64,000 nucleotides of DNA, from NCBI GenBank assembly GCA_964016885.1, contig OZ024741.1, forward strand, positions 199,764,001-199,828,000, in the 5' to 3' direction. Position 1 is the first letter of the stretch; each line of letters begins with the position of its first letter. The notes below the pieces were generated by a model. It was not told the origin of the DNA. It ran no database searches and saw only the letters and a list, made by a program, of their open reading frames with translations. This document shows positions 40,577-51,958 of this stretch, in pieces. A program made the translations under genes and the position numbers. This stretch comes from Eledone cirrhosa. Its lineage: Eukaryota.

Positions 40577-43500
40577 CTTTTTTTATTGAGGACCTGCTAT
40601 CAGGTAGAGCCTTTCTGGTTGACACAGGTGTAGTTTGTTCAATATGGCCTGTGTGTTGTATGAAGGAGACTCCCCCTGAGTCACCTATTGAGTTGCAGGC
40701 AGTAAATTGTTCGCCGATTCGAACCTTCGGACAAATCTCGCTACCTTTGCAGTTCCGTAATCTGCGGCGTGAATTTAAATGGATTTTTACTGTCGCTGCC
40801 TTTCCGTATCCGATTCTAGGCGCGGATTTTCTCCACCATTTTTCATTGACGGTGGACCTCCGTCGTAAACGCCTAATTGATGACATCACTGGTTTTTCTG
40901 TTGGCAAGGCAGCAGGAGTTCCAACGGTTAGCCCGACCTTTTTTCTTGCTAACACCGGCGATACTTACCATGCGTTGTTGAACTCGTTCCCACAACTGAC
41001 TCAGGGAAATTTTCGAGTTGATGAGCCAACTCATACCACGGAGCACTTCATAACTATAACTGGTGCTCCCGTTTTTTCTCGTCCTCGTCGCTTGCCTCTG
41101 GACAAACTCAAAGCAGCACGATCAGAGTTTGATCATATGCTGCAGTTGGGGATTATTCGTCCGTCCACGAGCCCGAGGGCGTCACCATTACACATGGTAC
41201 CGAAAGCGACTGGCGATTGGTGACCTACTGGAGATTATCGACGCTTAAATTCAATAACGGAACCGGACCGTTATCCTATCCCTCATCTGCAAGACTTTGC
41301 GTCTTCGTTGCAGGGATGCAAGGTATTCTCCAAACTAGATTTAATTCGTGCGTACCATCAAATTCCTGTCCATAAAAATGACATTCCAAAAACGGCTATA
41401 GTTACGCCATTTGGGTCATTTGAGTTTTTGACCATGCCGTTCGGATTAAGGAATGCCGCTAGTACGTTTCAGCGGTTTATGGATGAGGTTACTTGTGGCC
41501 TCGATTTCGTCTATACATATATTGACGACCTGCTCATTGCTAGTTCTTCTCAAGAACAACATACGCACCATTTAAATCTTCTTTTCCGCCGATTGAAGGC
41601 GTATAACGTGCAGATTAATGCACCCAAATGTGTTTTTGGTGCTGAGTCACTAACTTTCTTGGGTCACGTCAGCGATGCTGACGGTATTCGACCCCGGCCT
41701 GAGCGAGTTAAGGTCATAGAGGATTTGCCTCCACCGACCTCACTACGTCAGATACGCCAGTTCTTAGGCCTGATCAATTTTTATAGGCGTTTCGTGCCAA
41801 ATTGTTCAAGATTGCTTTTCTCCCTGACGGAAATTTTAAAAAATTGTCGGAAGAAGAATACAGACATTTCTTTAACCGAGACTCAACTTGCTGATTTTCA
41901 GCACGCCAAAACTGCTTTGGCTAATGCTTCTTTACTGGCTCACCCGGTACCCGGTGCAAAGCTAACGCTTTGTGTTGATGCATCGGATATCGCTGTGGGC
42001 GCAGTGCTACAACAAAACTTCAATGGTTACCAGCAACCGCTGGAGTTTTTTTCCAGAAAAATGAAACCTGCTGAGATGCGCTACAGCACCTTTGGAAGGG
42101 AGCTTTTAGCCATCTATTTAGCCGTGAAACATTTTTCACATATGCTAGAGGGTAGACTATTTACTATTTTCACTGACCATAAACCATTAACTTTTGCGTT
42201 GAGAGCGAAGGCTGATAAATACTCGCCCAGAGAGACGAGGCACCTTGATTTCATCTCGCAATATACGAACGATATCCAACACATTCCGGGTTCACTGAAT
42301 ACAGCGGCCGATGCTTTGTCCCGCTTACCCGTGACAGCGATCTCGTCACCCTCTTACATAGATCTGACTCGTTTGGCTGCGGATCAGCCTTCCCTTGAGT
42401 CATTGGATGTTACATCGCCTGAGTTTGCGAATTGCGAGATGAAATACTTGCCTCTGTCGACTGCAGTTGGCCAAATTCTCTGCGACGTCTCTTTGGACGA
42501 GCCTAGGCCCTTCGTTCCAGAGAATCATCGTCGGACCGTGTTTCTGGCATTACATAGTTTCTCACATCCAGGATCTTCTGCCACAGTAAAGCTCATATCA
42601 GCTAGATTTTTCTGGCCAAATATGAGGCGTGAAATTTCTGCTTGGTGCCGTTCCTGCGTCGCTTGTCAGAAATCAAAGGTCCATCAAGGACACATCAAGG
42701 CTCCCCTCGGTACCTTTACTAACCCAGATGCGCGTTTTTCGCACATTCACATTGATATAGTGGGACCTTAGCCTGTCAGCGATGGTTATTCTTATCTGCT
42801 GACTATAGTTGACCGTTTTTCGAGATGGCCTGAAGCCACCCCCTTGAAAAACATCACCGCTGAGACAACAGCGCGTGCTCTTATGTCTGGATGGATCTCT
42901 CGTTATGGAGTTCCATCCACAGTAACTACCGACCGTGGACGACAGTTCGAGTCGAGCCTTTTCCTCGAACTGTCAAAATTAATTGGTGCTAAACGCATCA
43001 GAACTACGGCGTACCATCGTGCTTCGAATGGTATGGTGGAGCGTTTTCACCGACAACTGAAGGCCTCCTTAATGGCCTCAATGGACTCGGCGCGTTGGAG
43101 CGAGTACCTCCCTATTATGCTATTAGGGATTCGGTCAACGGTGAAGGTCGACTTTGGATTTTCACCGGCCGAAGTACTGTACGGTGCCCCTCTGACATTG
43201 CCCGGGCAAATGCTTGCCCCTATCGATCTTGATGCCCAAGATCACGCTTCCTACGTGTCCCGTTTGCGCTCCTATTTACAGGATTTGCCGCCAATGGACA
43301 CTAGGAAACTGTCAAGACTGCTGTCCCGAGGGATGTTGCCTCGTGGACGCATGTCTTTGTAAGGAAAGATTCTGTGAAGCCCCCGCTCACACAGCCTTAC
43401 ACTGGACCTTACCGTGTCTTAGCGCGCTCGGCTAAGCATTTCACTCTAGATATTAAAGGGTCCAGGGAGACAGTTACAATAGACAGGCTTAAGCAGGCAC

Positions 43501-43667
43501 ACCTGGACACGGACGCTGTGGTTCCTGATCCACGAACCCCTTCGTATTTGCCTGTTGAGCGAACGCCTGTCCCTACACCACCACCGTCGCTACGTTACAA
43601 GACCACAACCCGTTCAGGTCGTAGGATCCACTGGCCCAAAAAATTTTGCAGCACCGTCTATATTTAG
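40519..43667 (+). pseudogene. Gypsy pol: protease-RT-RNase H-integrase
   Basis: FLVDTG, MPFGL, YIDD, VDAS, FTDHKPL, HHCC, DIVGP, TDRGRQF, GPY; stops at 41221 and 42769, plus frameshifts. Confidence 0.95.
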
Positions 43668-43885
43668 ACTGTGTTAGCTGCACCTTTTTTTTGCTTCTGT
43701 GTTTCTGCTTTTTTTTTATGCATGCATGTTTTTTTAACATTTTTCAAATCCTTATTCTGGATTTAACGATTGGTAGAGCGAATAGCTCCCCCTTGTTGCA
43801 TTGTTCGCCATCTTACTCCACGTGTGAGTAATAACATCGATTTTCGATGATTTGAAAATCTGGCAGGGGATAATGTAGTAAGACG

Positions 43886-44357
43886 TTCTGCTGTTTGCTG
43901 TCTCCGTGGCTTGTCTGAGAAAGTAATACTGCTGCTTACTTAAATAGTGTTCTCAACCAGGGGGAGACAACTAGGCCTGGTCCATTATCCGACAGGGGGG
44001 CGTAAGGCGTCTTACTACAGTAGGGGGCTCGTCCGGGATCACCAGTATGGTAATGAAGAATCCTTGTTGGATAGTTTATCAATATAGACGTGAGGGAAAG
44101 TCCCTCGTCTATTTACCATTTTCGTAAGTGAGAGGATAGGTACTCCATAGAATTATAACAAGTGAGTGGGTGTGGGTATAGACAAGATAATAACCACAAC
44201 GAGAGTTCTATTCAACAATGTAAATAAGGATGATGTTTATTTTGTCTATTATGTGTTTGTTATATTACAAATGAAACAACATACCAATATAGACGTGATC
44301 AGTTGAAATGAAGGCAACGTATTACAATTGTTGTGGGTCACCAATGTAACGCCCACG
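43886..44357 (-). repeat. Inverted LTR-PBS-LTR junction fragment
   Basis: 44357-44045 equals 36585-36689 joined to 38894-39100 (empty site of element A); then PBS tggtgatcccggac; 44019-43886 equals 36291-36423. Confidence 0.9.
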
Positions 44358-44651
44358 ATGTGCAGATGTGCAACGAAATAACTTTGATAAACTACATATA
44401 TGTGTTTGTGTCTATATTGTATCTGTATTATTTTTGACCGTTGGTCAGTCAATGGCAACATTGAGGACCGAATAAATTAGATTACCGATGTAAAAGACAC
44501 AGAAGCGAAAAGCGAAAACCAACCAAACAGTGAGTGTGTTCTGTTATTAATTCTGGCATTATTACACAAATATGACCCTCCCCAAGTATAACAATATTTG
44601 TTTCGACACACGATTTCATATCAAAAACCTCGCAAAACTAATACATCACTG

Positions 44652-44701
<50 letters not shown>

Positions 44702-46577
44702 CACATGCAATAGGGGCTAGTATCAAAACTACCCTAAAGGGCCACATATTTAAGTTCAATGAGAAAATATACACCCAAAATGAGGGAGCAGCCATCGGCG
44801 TCAGCATAGCTGGTGATGTTGCCAACCTTTTCATGGTATGGTGGGAAAGGAGACTTAAAGATCTCCTTAATGAAAGCTCCATAGACCTCATCATGTACTC
44901 TCGTTATGTAGACGATATCAATATAGTTATAAGAACACCCCCACTAGAGAGCACTAACAAGTTTGATTTAGAACGTAGCACGATGGAAAGCATCCAGCAG
45001 ATAGCTAATTCCATACACCAGAGTATAACTGTAACTATCGACTTCCCTTCCAAACACCCTAACAATAGACTACCTGTATTAGACACAGAACTCTGGATTA
45101 ACACTATAGACGAGAGAGCCCAAATTCTCCACTCACACTATGCTAAACCCATGGCCTCCAAATACCTGATACTCAAAAACTCAGCAGTGCTGAGTTTAAT
45201 ATTCTGCAGTAGTGCTAAATTTAATATTCTGATCGCAGATTTGGTACGAGTGATGAAGAATGTGTCCAGCATGTGCGACCCAACAGAAATGGAAAGACAC
45301 ATCCAACACTTCAACCTCATGCAGTTCTCTGGCTACAACCAAAGAGACAGAGTCAGAGTATACGAAGGAGCCATGGAAAAGTATAAGACCCTCATAGAAC
45401 TGGACATGAAAGGAATTTGCCCATTATACAGGAGCAAATCATGGAATAGCTTAGATAGGGCTAGACATAAGATAGGGAAAGCCACATCATGATACGACAA
45501 CCAGAGATACCAGAGTGTCATGTTTGTGGACGCCACCCCTGGAGCGAAATTAGCTAACCAGTGTAGAAAGGCCCTGAGAAAGACCCACTTAAAAATAAAG
45601 GTGGTAGAAAAGCCAGGAACCACCATAAAATCCCTGATCAGCAAAACCTACCCTTTTAAGAAAACCCACTGTACCAATAGGAAATGTATCATATGTAAGG
45701 TGAACCCCCGGATAAACTGTAAAACTAGAAACGTAGTCTATAGCATAAGATGTACAGAGGGTACTTGCAGAAACATGACAACAACATACATAGGTGAGAC
45801 AGCTCGTAGCATAGGTGAAAGGATAGACCAACACTGGGGGGAACTAAAAGGACGAAAAAACGGGTCAGTACTATACGAACATGCTAGACAACAACATGAC
45901 GGTAACATAGACAACATAGAAATTAGAATAATATCTAAACATAGAAATGACCCAGCAGATAGGCAAATCAGAGAGGCCAGTGAAATAGAAATTAGAAGAC
46001 CAAAGCTAAACAGAAAGAATGAGTCGAATAACAACAACACCCAAACAAACAACACTGACCTAAGAGAAGTATAAATAAGTAAATAAAATAAGATAAATAA
46101 ATACATACACAAGCACAATAACAACAAGCACATAAACACACACTAGTCACCCAGCAAACATAACACTATACACACTAGTCACACAGCAAACATAACACTA
46201 TACACACACGCAAACGCATGCGCAAAGAAGACAAAATAAAATAAACAAACAAGCAAATAAATAAATAAATATATAGACAGACTGAATAAAAAATGGCGTA
46301 GACATACAACACAACAGGAGGAAAATATAACACCACTGACGATGTTGCAGATGTGCAACGAAAGATTTATGTAAATTATGTAAACTATATATATGTGTTT
46401 GTGTCTATATTGTATCTGTATTATTTTTGACCGTCGGTCAGTCAATGGCAACATTGAGGACCGAGTAAGCTAGATTACAGATATAAAAGACAGCGAGAAG
46501 CGAAAACCAACCAAACAGTGAGTGTGTTCTGTTATTAATTCTGGCAATATTACACAAATATGACCCTCCCCAAGTAT

Positions 46578-46582
<5 letters not shown>
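44355..46582 (+). mobile_element. PLE: partial pLTR + tail, (TA)n, then 5'-truncated RT-GIY-YIG ORF and pLTR
   Basis: GAAIG, RYVDD, LPVLD, VVYSIRC..YIGET; hammerhead core CTGACGA-t-gttgca(gatg)tgcaac-GAAA at ~46336; 44355-44594 resembles 46339-46582. Confidence 0.9.
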
Positions 46583-46645
<63 letters not shown>

Positions 46646-47009
46646 ATAAACGGAATAGAAAATGCTGACAAATTGTTCACAGTTGAAAGATGTTTTAATT
46701 AGGAATAAAAGAGTATTAGTAATTGTATGGGTTAGTATTCAGTTGTGGTTTTAAGTTTTTAAGTTTTTACCGGTTGCGCATTTCTAAATGCTTTTCAAAA
46801 ATAATTTTGAGATAGAGTGTCCGTGTTGTTTGCTCTGATCTGATTAGTTTTGGAAATTCTACCTGTTTTTATGTTAAAAAAGTGGCTCCAGCGCTACTTG
46901 GTGTTTGCAAAAATTCTTGTGGTCAAAACAATTTTGATTGGTCGGTAGAGGTCATGTGAATAAAAAATTGATTTTGCGCCAAGACTGAGAAATGACTCCT
47001 TCACAACAA

Positions 47010-47045
<36 letters not shown>

Positions 47046-47111
47046 TAGTAGTAAGGTGTTCGATGTTGTGATAATGGTTAGCAGGGATGTGTGTCAAATG
47101 GCTATTAAGAT

Positions 47112-47175
<64 letters not shown>

Positions 47176-47311
47176 ATGTGTGTGTGTGTGTGTGGGTGGA
47201 CCAGTATTTTTCCCCTTGGTAAAATGGTGTACATTATTCGATTTTTTCAGTAAAATCGGTTCTCTTAATAGAACATCAAACATCTTAACAATAAAAGGTG
47301 TGAAATGATAT

Positions 47312-47385
<74 letters not shown>

Positions 47386-47536
47386 TTCACTATATATATA
47401 TATATATATACACATATATTTTTTTGTGTTGCACCATAGAGCATGTGTGTTTACGTATGTCATTGTGTTTATATGTGGGTAGAGATGTGTGCTGATGTAG
47501 GTATGTATGTTGACGTGTGTATGTTGTGGTTTCGTC

Positions 47537-49849
47537 TTAGGGAGAAGTGTTTAGACGGGGTCCGTATTTGTTAATGAAGTAAGATTCCTTGCTGATGCGC
47601 TGGGTGTGGGTGGCATTATCTTTAAATTTGTAGAGGGGAAAGATTCTGAAGTTGGGATGATTTGGGGCGGCACAGGTATCAATGTGTTCACTCAGTGGTA
47701 TTTTCCTGTATTCCCGTATTTTAATTTGGGATCTATGGACAGTCATGCGTTGGCGGAGGCTGTTTTTGGTCTGGCCTATGTATTGTTCTCGACAACCTGA
47801 GCAAGTTAATACATATATTAGATTTTCCGATGAACATGTGAAATTGTGTTTTACTATAAAACGTTGTCCTTCTTTGAAATAGAATTCCGAACCCTCTATT
47901 AGGTTGATGCAAATGCCACAGTTGGGTCTATCGCATTTTTTTACTGTGGGTTTCGTTGTTGTGGTTGGCAGTACTTTGGCATGTGTTAGGATGTTTTTCA
48001 TTGACTTGGATTGTCTTTTGCTCTTTATGATATCGTGTGTTCGTAGGATTTGGTTCATTCTATGGTCCTTTTTCAACACAGGGATGTTCTGGAGGATGGT
48101 GTCAAAGGCCTCATTGTTGAGGGGGTTGTGTGTGGAGATGTATGGAAGAGCTTTTAGTTTCGGTTGATTTACTTTAGGGTGTCTAAGGTCCTGGGTACTG
48201 AGTTTTAGGGCACGTTGGATTCCATTGTCAATTAGTGATGCAGGGTAGTCCCTGCCTATGAGTGTGTCCTTTAGTTCTTGTAGCCGTAAGTAGCAGGTGT
48301 TTTTATTGGAGACTATAGTACAGATTCTCTTGGCTAAGTTGTAGGGAATATTAATTTTAACGTGTCTAGGGTGGCAAGAGTTGAAAGGGAGATATTGCTT
48401 GGAGTCTGTGGGCTTGTAGTATATGTCTGTTTCTATTTTTTTGTTATGGATATTAATGAGGATGTCGAGGAAGGGGAGTTGTTGATGGCTGTATTCCATC
48501 GTGAAGTTAATATTCGTGTTGAGCCCATTTATAAGGGTGTGAAATTCTTTAAGTTTTTCGATGTTTTCGTGCCAAAGGATGAAGCAGTCATCTAGATATC
48601 GCTTCCAGTTCCTTTCAATGTGTAAGTGGAGGGTGTTTCCAAATTTGTTTAGGACTTTAGTGTAGAGGGTGATTTCCAGGTATCCCATGACTAGGTTGGC
48701 ATAAGTGGGGGCTGTTTTCCTTCCCATAGCGGTCCCAGATTTCTGCCTGTAGGGTTTGTTATTGAAAACGAAATAATTGTTCTCCAAGATAAATTTGAGT
48801 CCCTCTATCACGAATTCTTTTTTGATGCGTTGTGGGAGTTCATTGTGGAAATTATCCAGCCAGAATTGGATAGCTTCTATTCCTAGGTTGTGGGGGATGT
48901 TGGAGTATAGGTTGACTACATCGAACGTCACTAGTAGGGTTTGTTCAGAAAGTGGCATATTAGGGAGGTGATTGAGCATATCTAGGTCGTCCCTTATATA
49001 GCTTTTGATGTGTTTGAGAAGGGTATCAATGAAGTTGCTAAGGCGGTGGGTTTCGCAAGCGGGGCCTGCTATTATAGGTCTTAATTTGAGATCATTGGGT
49101 GAGGGGACATTGATGACTATGTCTGTGGATTCCTTGCATGCCTTACTTATTAATTCGCTTTTATGTACTTTAGGGATACCGTAGAAAAGGCTGGATTTAC
49201 TTGTGAAGTCTGTGATGAAGCTGAATTCCTTGTTAGTGAGTCCTTCTTTGTATTGGTTGATTAGAGTTTTTAGGTTTCTCATAATTTTCTGTTGATTGTA
49301 GTGTTCAGCCTTTTCGTAGTATGTTTCGTTTTCCAAAGTGGAGAGCGCTAAGTTGATATAGAATTCTGTCTCCATTAGGACTACTTGACTCCCTTTATCA
49401 GCCTCTTTAATTGTAATGGTTCTGTCGGTTTTTAATCTATTTAATTCTTCCCATTCTTTCTTGTTGAGGTTTGGCTTGTGTTTTTGTCTGTGCAAGTGTT
49501 GGTAAGGGAAGTTTGTGATGTGTTCACAGAATTCGTCCAGGATTTTATTTCTACCTTTTGAAGGGGTGTAATTGCTTCTATTTCTGGCTAATGATTCATC
49601 CTCATTGTACTGGTCGAATAGTTGTTCACTAAGTCGTAACTTTCTACAGAAGTCTGTGATGTCTTCCTTCATTTCATAGTAGTTAGGACGTAGTGGGGTC
49701 GGTGTGAATTTAAGACCTTTGGAGAGTAAGTTGATAAGGTTGGGTGTTGGTTCTGCATTAGTAAGATTGATAATTTTTATTACTATCGGTTTCTCCTCCC
49801 TGTCTTGTGTTATTTTGTTTGCCTGTATCTGTGTGCTGTGTCTAAAAAA
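47537..49849 (-). CDS. PLE RT + GIY-YIG ORF, uninterrupted (first ATG at 49672; frame open upstream of it)
   Basis: [41 protein letters not shown], CxxxxCxxC linker, [15 protein letters not shown]. Confidence 0.93.
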   Translation of the reverse strand, partial: FFRHSTQIQANKITQDREEKPIVIKIINLTNAEPTPNLINLLSKGLKFTPTPLRPNYYEMKEDITDFCRKLRLSEQLFDQYNEDESLARNRSNYTPSKGRNKILDEFCEHITNFPYQHLHRQKHKPNLNKKEWEELNRLKTDRTITIKEADKGSQVVLMETEFYINLALSTLENETYYEKAEHYNQQKIMRNLKTLINQYKEGLTNKEFSFITDFTSKSSLFYGIPKVHKSELISKACKESTDIVINVPSPNDLKLRPIIAGPACETHRLSNFIDTLLKHIKSYIRDDLDMLNHLPNMPLSEQTLLVTFDVVNLYSNIPHNLGIEAIQFWLDNFHNELPQRIKKEFVIEGLKFILENNYFVFNNKPYRQKSGTAMGRKTAPTYANLVMGYLEITLYTKVLNKFGNTLHLHIERNWKRYLDDCFILWHENIEKLKEFHTLINGLNTNINFTMEYSHQQLPFLDILINIHNKKIETDIYYKPTDSKQYLPFNSCHPRHVKINIPYNLAKRICTIVSNKNTCYLRLQELKDTLIGRDYPASLIDNGIQRALKLSTQDLRHPKVNQPKLKALPYISTHNPLNNEAFDTILQNIPVLKKDHRMNQILRTHDIIKSKRQSKSMKNILTHAKVLPTTTTKPTVKKCDRPNCGICINLIEGSEFYFKEGQRFIVKHNFTCSSENLIYVLTCSGCREQYIGQTKNSLRQRMTVHRSQIKIREYRKIPLSEHIDTCAAPNHPNFRIFPLYKFKDNATHTQRISKESYFINKYGPRLNTSP

Positions 49850-50217
49850 TGGTTGGGGTAGAGGGGTTGTCTGCTGATGTTAAGTGATCTCCTGTGTTTG
49901 TTATATTCCTTGTTGTTGTAAAATGTGGTTCGGGTTGGTGGTTGTAGATTGAATGGGGTGTTCTTGTACTGCGAGTATGGGTGTGTGTTTCTATGTGCCA
50001 TGTTATATTGTGGTGTTATAAGTGGCCTACGTTGTTGGTTGTGTCGTGTGGTGTGGGTTTGTTGTGTATTGTGGAAGCGAGAGTTGAGAAAATGGTAATT
50101 ACCTTGCTGTCCCCCTGAAGCGGGGAAGTTGTTACATCTATCATAGTGGTGGTATCTTTTCCCTATGTTTGACGATGAGGCATCCGCGTAGTATTTGAGT
50201 GATTTGGTATGGTGTCT
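49810..50217 (-). CDS. Upstream low-complexity basic ORF of the PLE (5'-truncated)
   Basis: Open for >130 codons (H/N/R/Q/Y-rich); overlaps the RT frame and contains T_TTT_TTA. Confidence 0.55.
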   Translation of the reverse strand, partial: RHHTKSLKYYADASSSNIGKRYHHYDRCNNFPASGGQQGNYHFLNSRFHNTQQTHTTRHNQQRRPLITPQYNMAHRNTHPYSQYKNTPFNLQPPTRTTFYNNKEYNKHRRSLNISRQPLYPNHFLDTAHRYRQTK

Positions 50218-50402
50218 CCAGCGCATCAGCAAGGAATCTTACTTCATTAACAAATACGGACCCCATCTAAACACTTCTCCCTAAGACGAACCCACAACAT
50301 ACACACGTCAACATACATACCTACATCAGCACACATCTCTACCCACATATAAACACAATGACATACGTAAACACACATGCTCTATGGTGCAACACAAAAA
50401 AA

Positions 50403-50460
<58 letters not shown>

Positions 50461-50482
50461 ATATATGTATATATATATATAT

Positions 50483-51000
50483 AAAATACGTAGTTAAGAA
50501 AGCCACAACAATGCAGAGGGAAATCTCGAGGTAGGAAGTGAAAGATAGATAGGAAAAACAGGTGAAAGTGAAAATCGAGAGAGACAAAGATGAAAACAAA
50601 ACAAAGGTAGAAGGGTTACCGTAGTGGAGATTTATTCCCAATATTTCGGGCTCACGCCCATCAACGGGGGAAAGTTCCAAAAGGGGGGGAACAGGCCAAG
50701 CAGAGAAAGTTGTGATGTCGTTAAGACAGGAATGCCGTTAATAATGGCCTGTTCCCCCCCTTTTGGAACTTTCCCCCGTTGATGGGCGTGAGCCCGAAAT
50801 ATTGGGAATAAATCTCCACTACGGTAACCCTTCTACCTTTGTTTTGTTTTCATCTTTGTCTCTCTCAATTTTCACTTTCACCTGTTTTTCCTATCTATCT
50901 TTCACTTCCTACCTCGAAATTTCCCTCTGCATTGTTGTGGCTTTCTTAACTACGTATTTTACACATTTCACAATGCTTCAAGCAAACTTTAACACCCTCT
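50483..51000. repeat. Hairpin-plus-tail PLE remnant nested in the (TA)n of the inverted pLTR
   Basis: 216-bp arms at 50483-50698 and 50745-50960; degenerate hammerhead ttccc-CCGTTGA-t-gggc(gtga)gccc-GAAA-tattg-ggaa; 40-bp tail. Confidence 0.85.
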
Positions 51001-51958
51001 TATATATATATATATATAGTGAATATCATTTCACACCTTTTATTGTTAAGATGTTTGATGTTCTATTAAGAGAACCGATTTTACTGAAAAAATCGAATGT
51101 ACACCATTTTACCAAGGGGAAAAAAATACTGGTCCACCCACACACACACATTCTCACACACACACACACACACACACATATATACACACACACACATACA
51201 TTAACATACAAAGAGACTTATACACACACACACACACACACACTTCTCCGTATAAGACAAAAGCTGAAAAATATCTTTTGACATGCTAAAAACCCCCCAC
51301 TGCTTACAGACACATTCCTACTGACCATCCTTGCTACCACGAATTACTCTGTTATACACACACACACTTATCTTAATAGCCATTTGACACATATCCCTGC
51401 TAACCATTATCATAACATCGAACACTTTACTACTACTACACACGCACACACATATTTGTTGTGAAGGAGTCATTTCTCAGTCTTGGCGCAAAATCAATTT
51501 TTTATTCACATGACCTCTACCGACCAATCAAAATTGTTTTGACCACAAGAATTTTTGCAAACACCAAGTAGCGCTGGAGCCACTTTTTTAACTTAAAAAC
51601 AGTCTTGGCGCAAAATCAATTTTTTACATTCACATGACCTCTACCGACCAATCAAAATTGTTTTGACCACAAGAATTTTTGCAACACCAAAGTAGCGCTG
51701 GAGCCACTTTTTTAACATAAAAACAGGTAGAATTCCCAAAACTAATCAGATCAGAGCAAACAACACGGACACTCTATCTCAAAATTATTTTTGAAAAGCA
51801 TTTAGAAATGCGCAACCGGTAAAAACTTAAAACCACAACTGATTACTAACCCATACAATTACTAATATTCTTTTATTCCTAATTAAAACATTTTTCAACT
51901 GTGAACAATTTGTCAGCATTTTCTATTCCGTTTGCCAATATATATATATATATATATA

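Larger units (their letters stand above)
36291..43885 (+). mobile_element. Gypsy LTR retrotransposon B, near full length, with nested insertions and a broken 3' LTR
   Basis: LTR start tgtagtaagacg at 36291 and 43874; PBS tggtgaccc; PPT aaaatctggcaggggataa; gag-pol at 39755-43667. Confidence 0.92.
46641..51940 (-). mobile_element. Neptune/Naiad-like PLE with ~1-kb inverted pLTRs
   Basis: 46641-47603 is inversely repeated at 50218-51940 (with insertions); degenerate hammerhead TTGAAAAgcattt-ag-aaatgcGCAAccggTA near 51791. Confidence 0.92.

Noticed and set aside
45490-45492. In-frame TGA in a PLE ORF as possible selenocysteine or readthrough
   Set aside because: Context S*Y..SVMFV fits a WY motif, so a TGG-to-TGA mutation is simpler; the element is otherwise degraded
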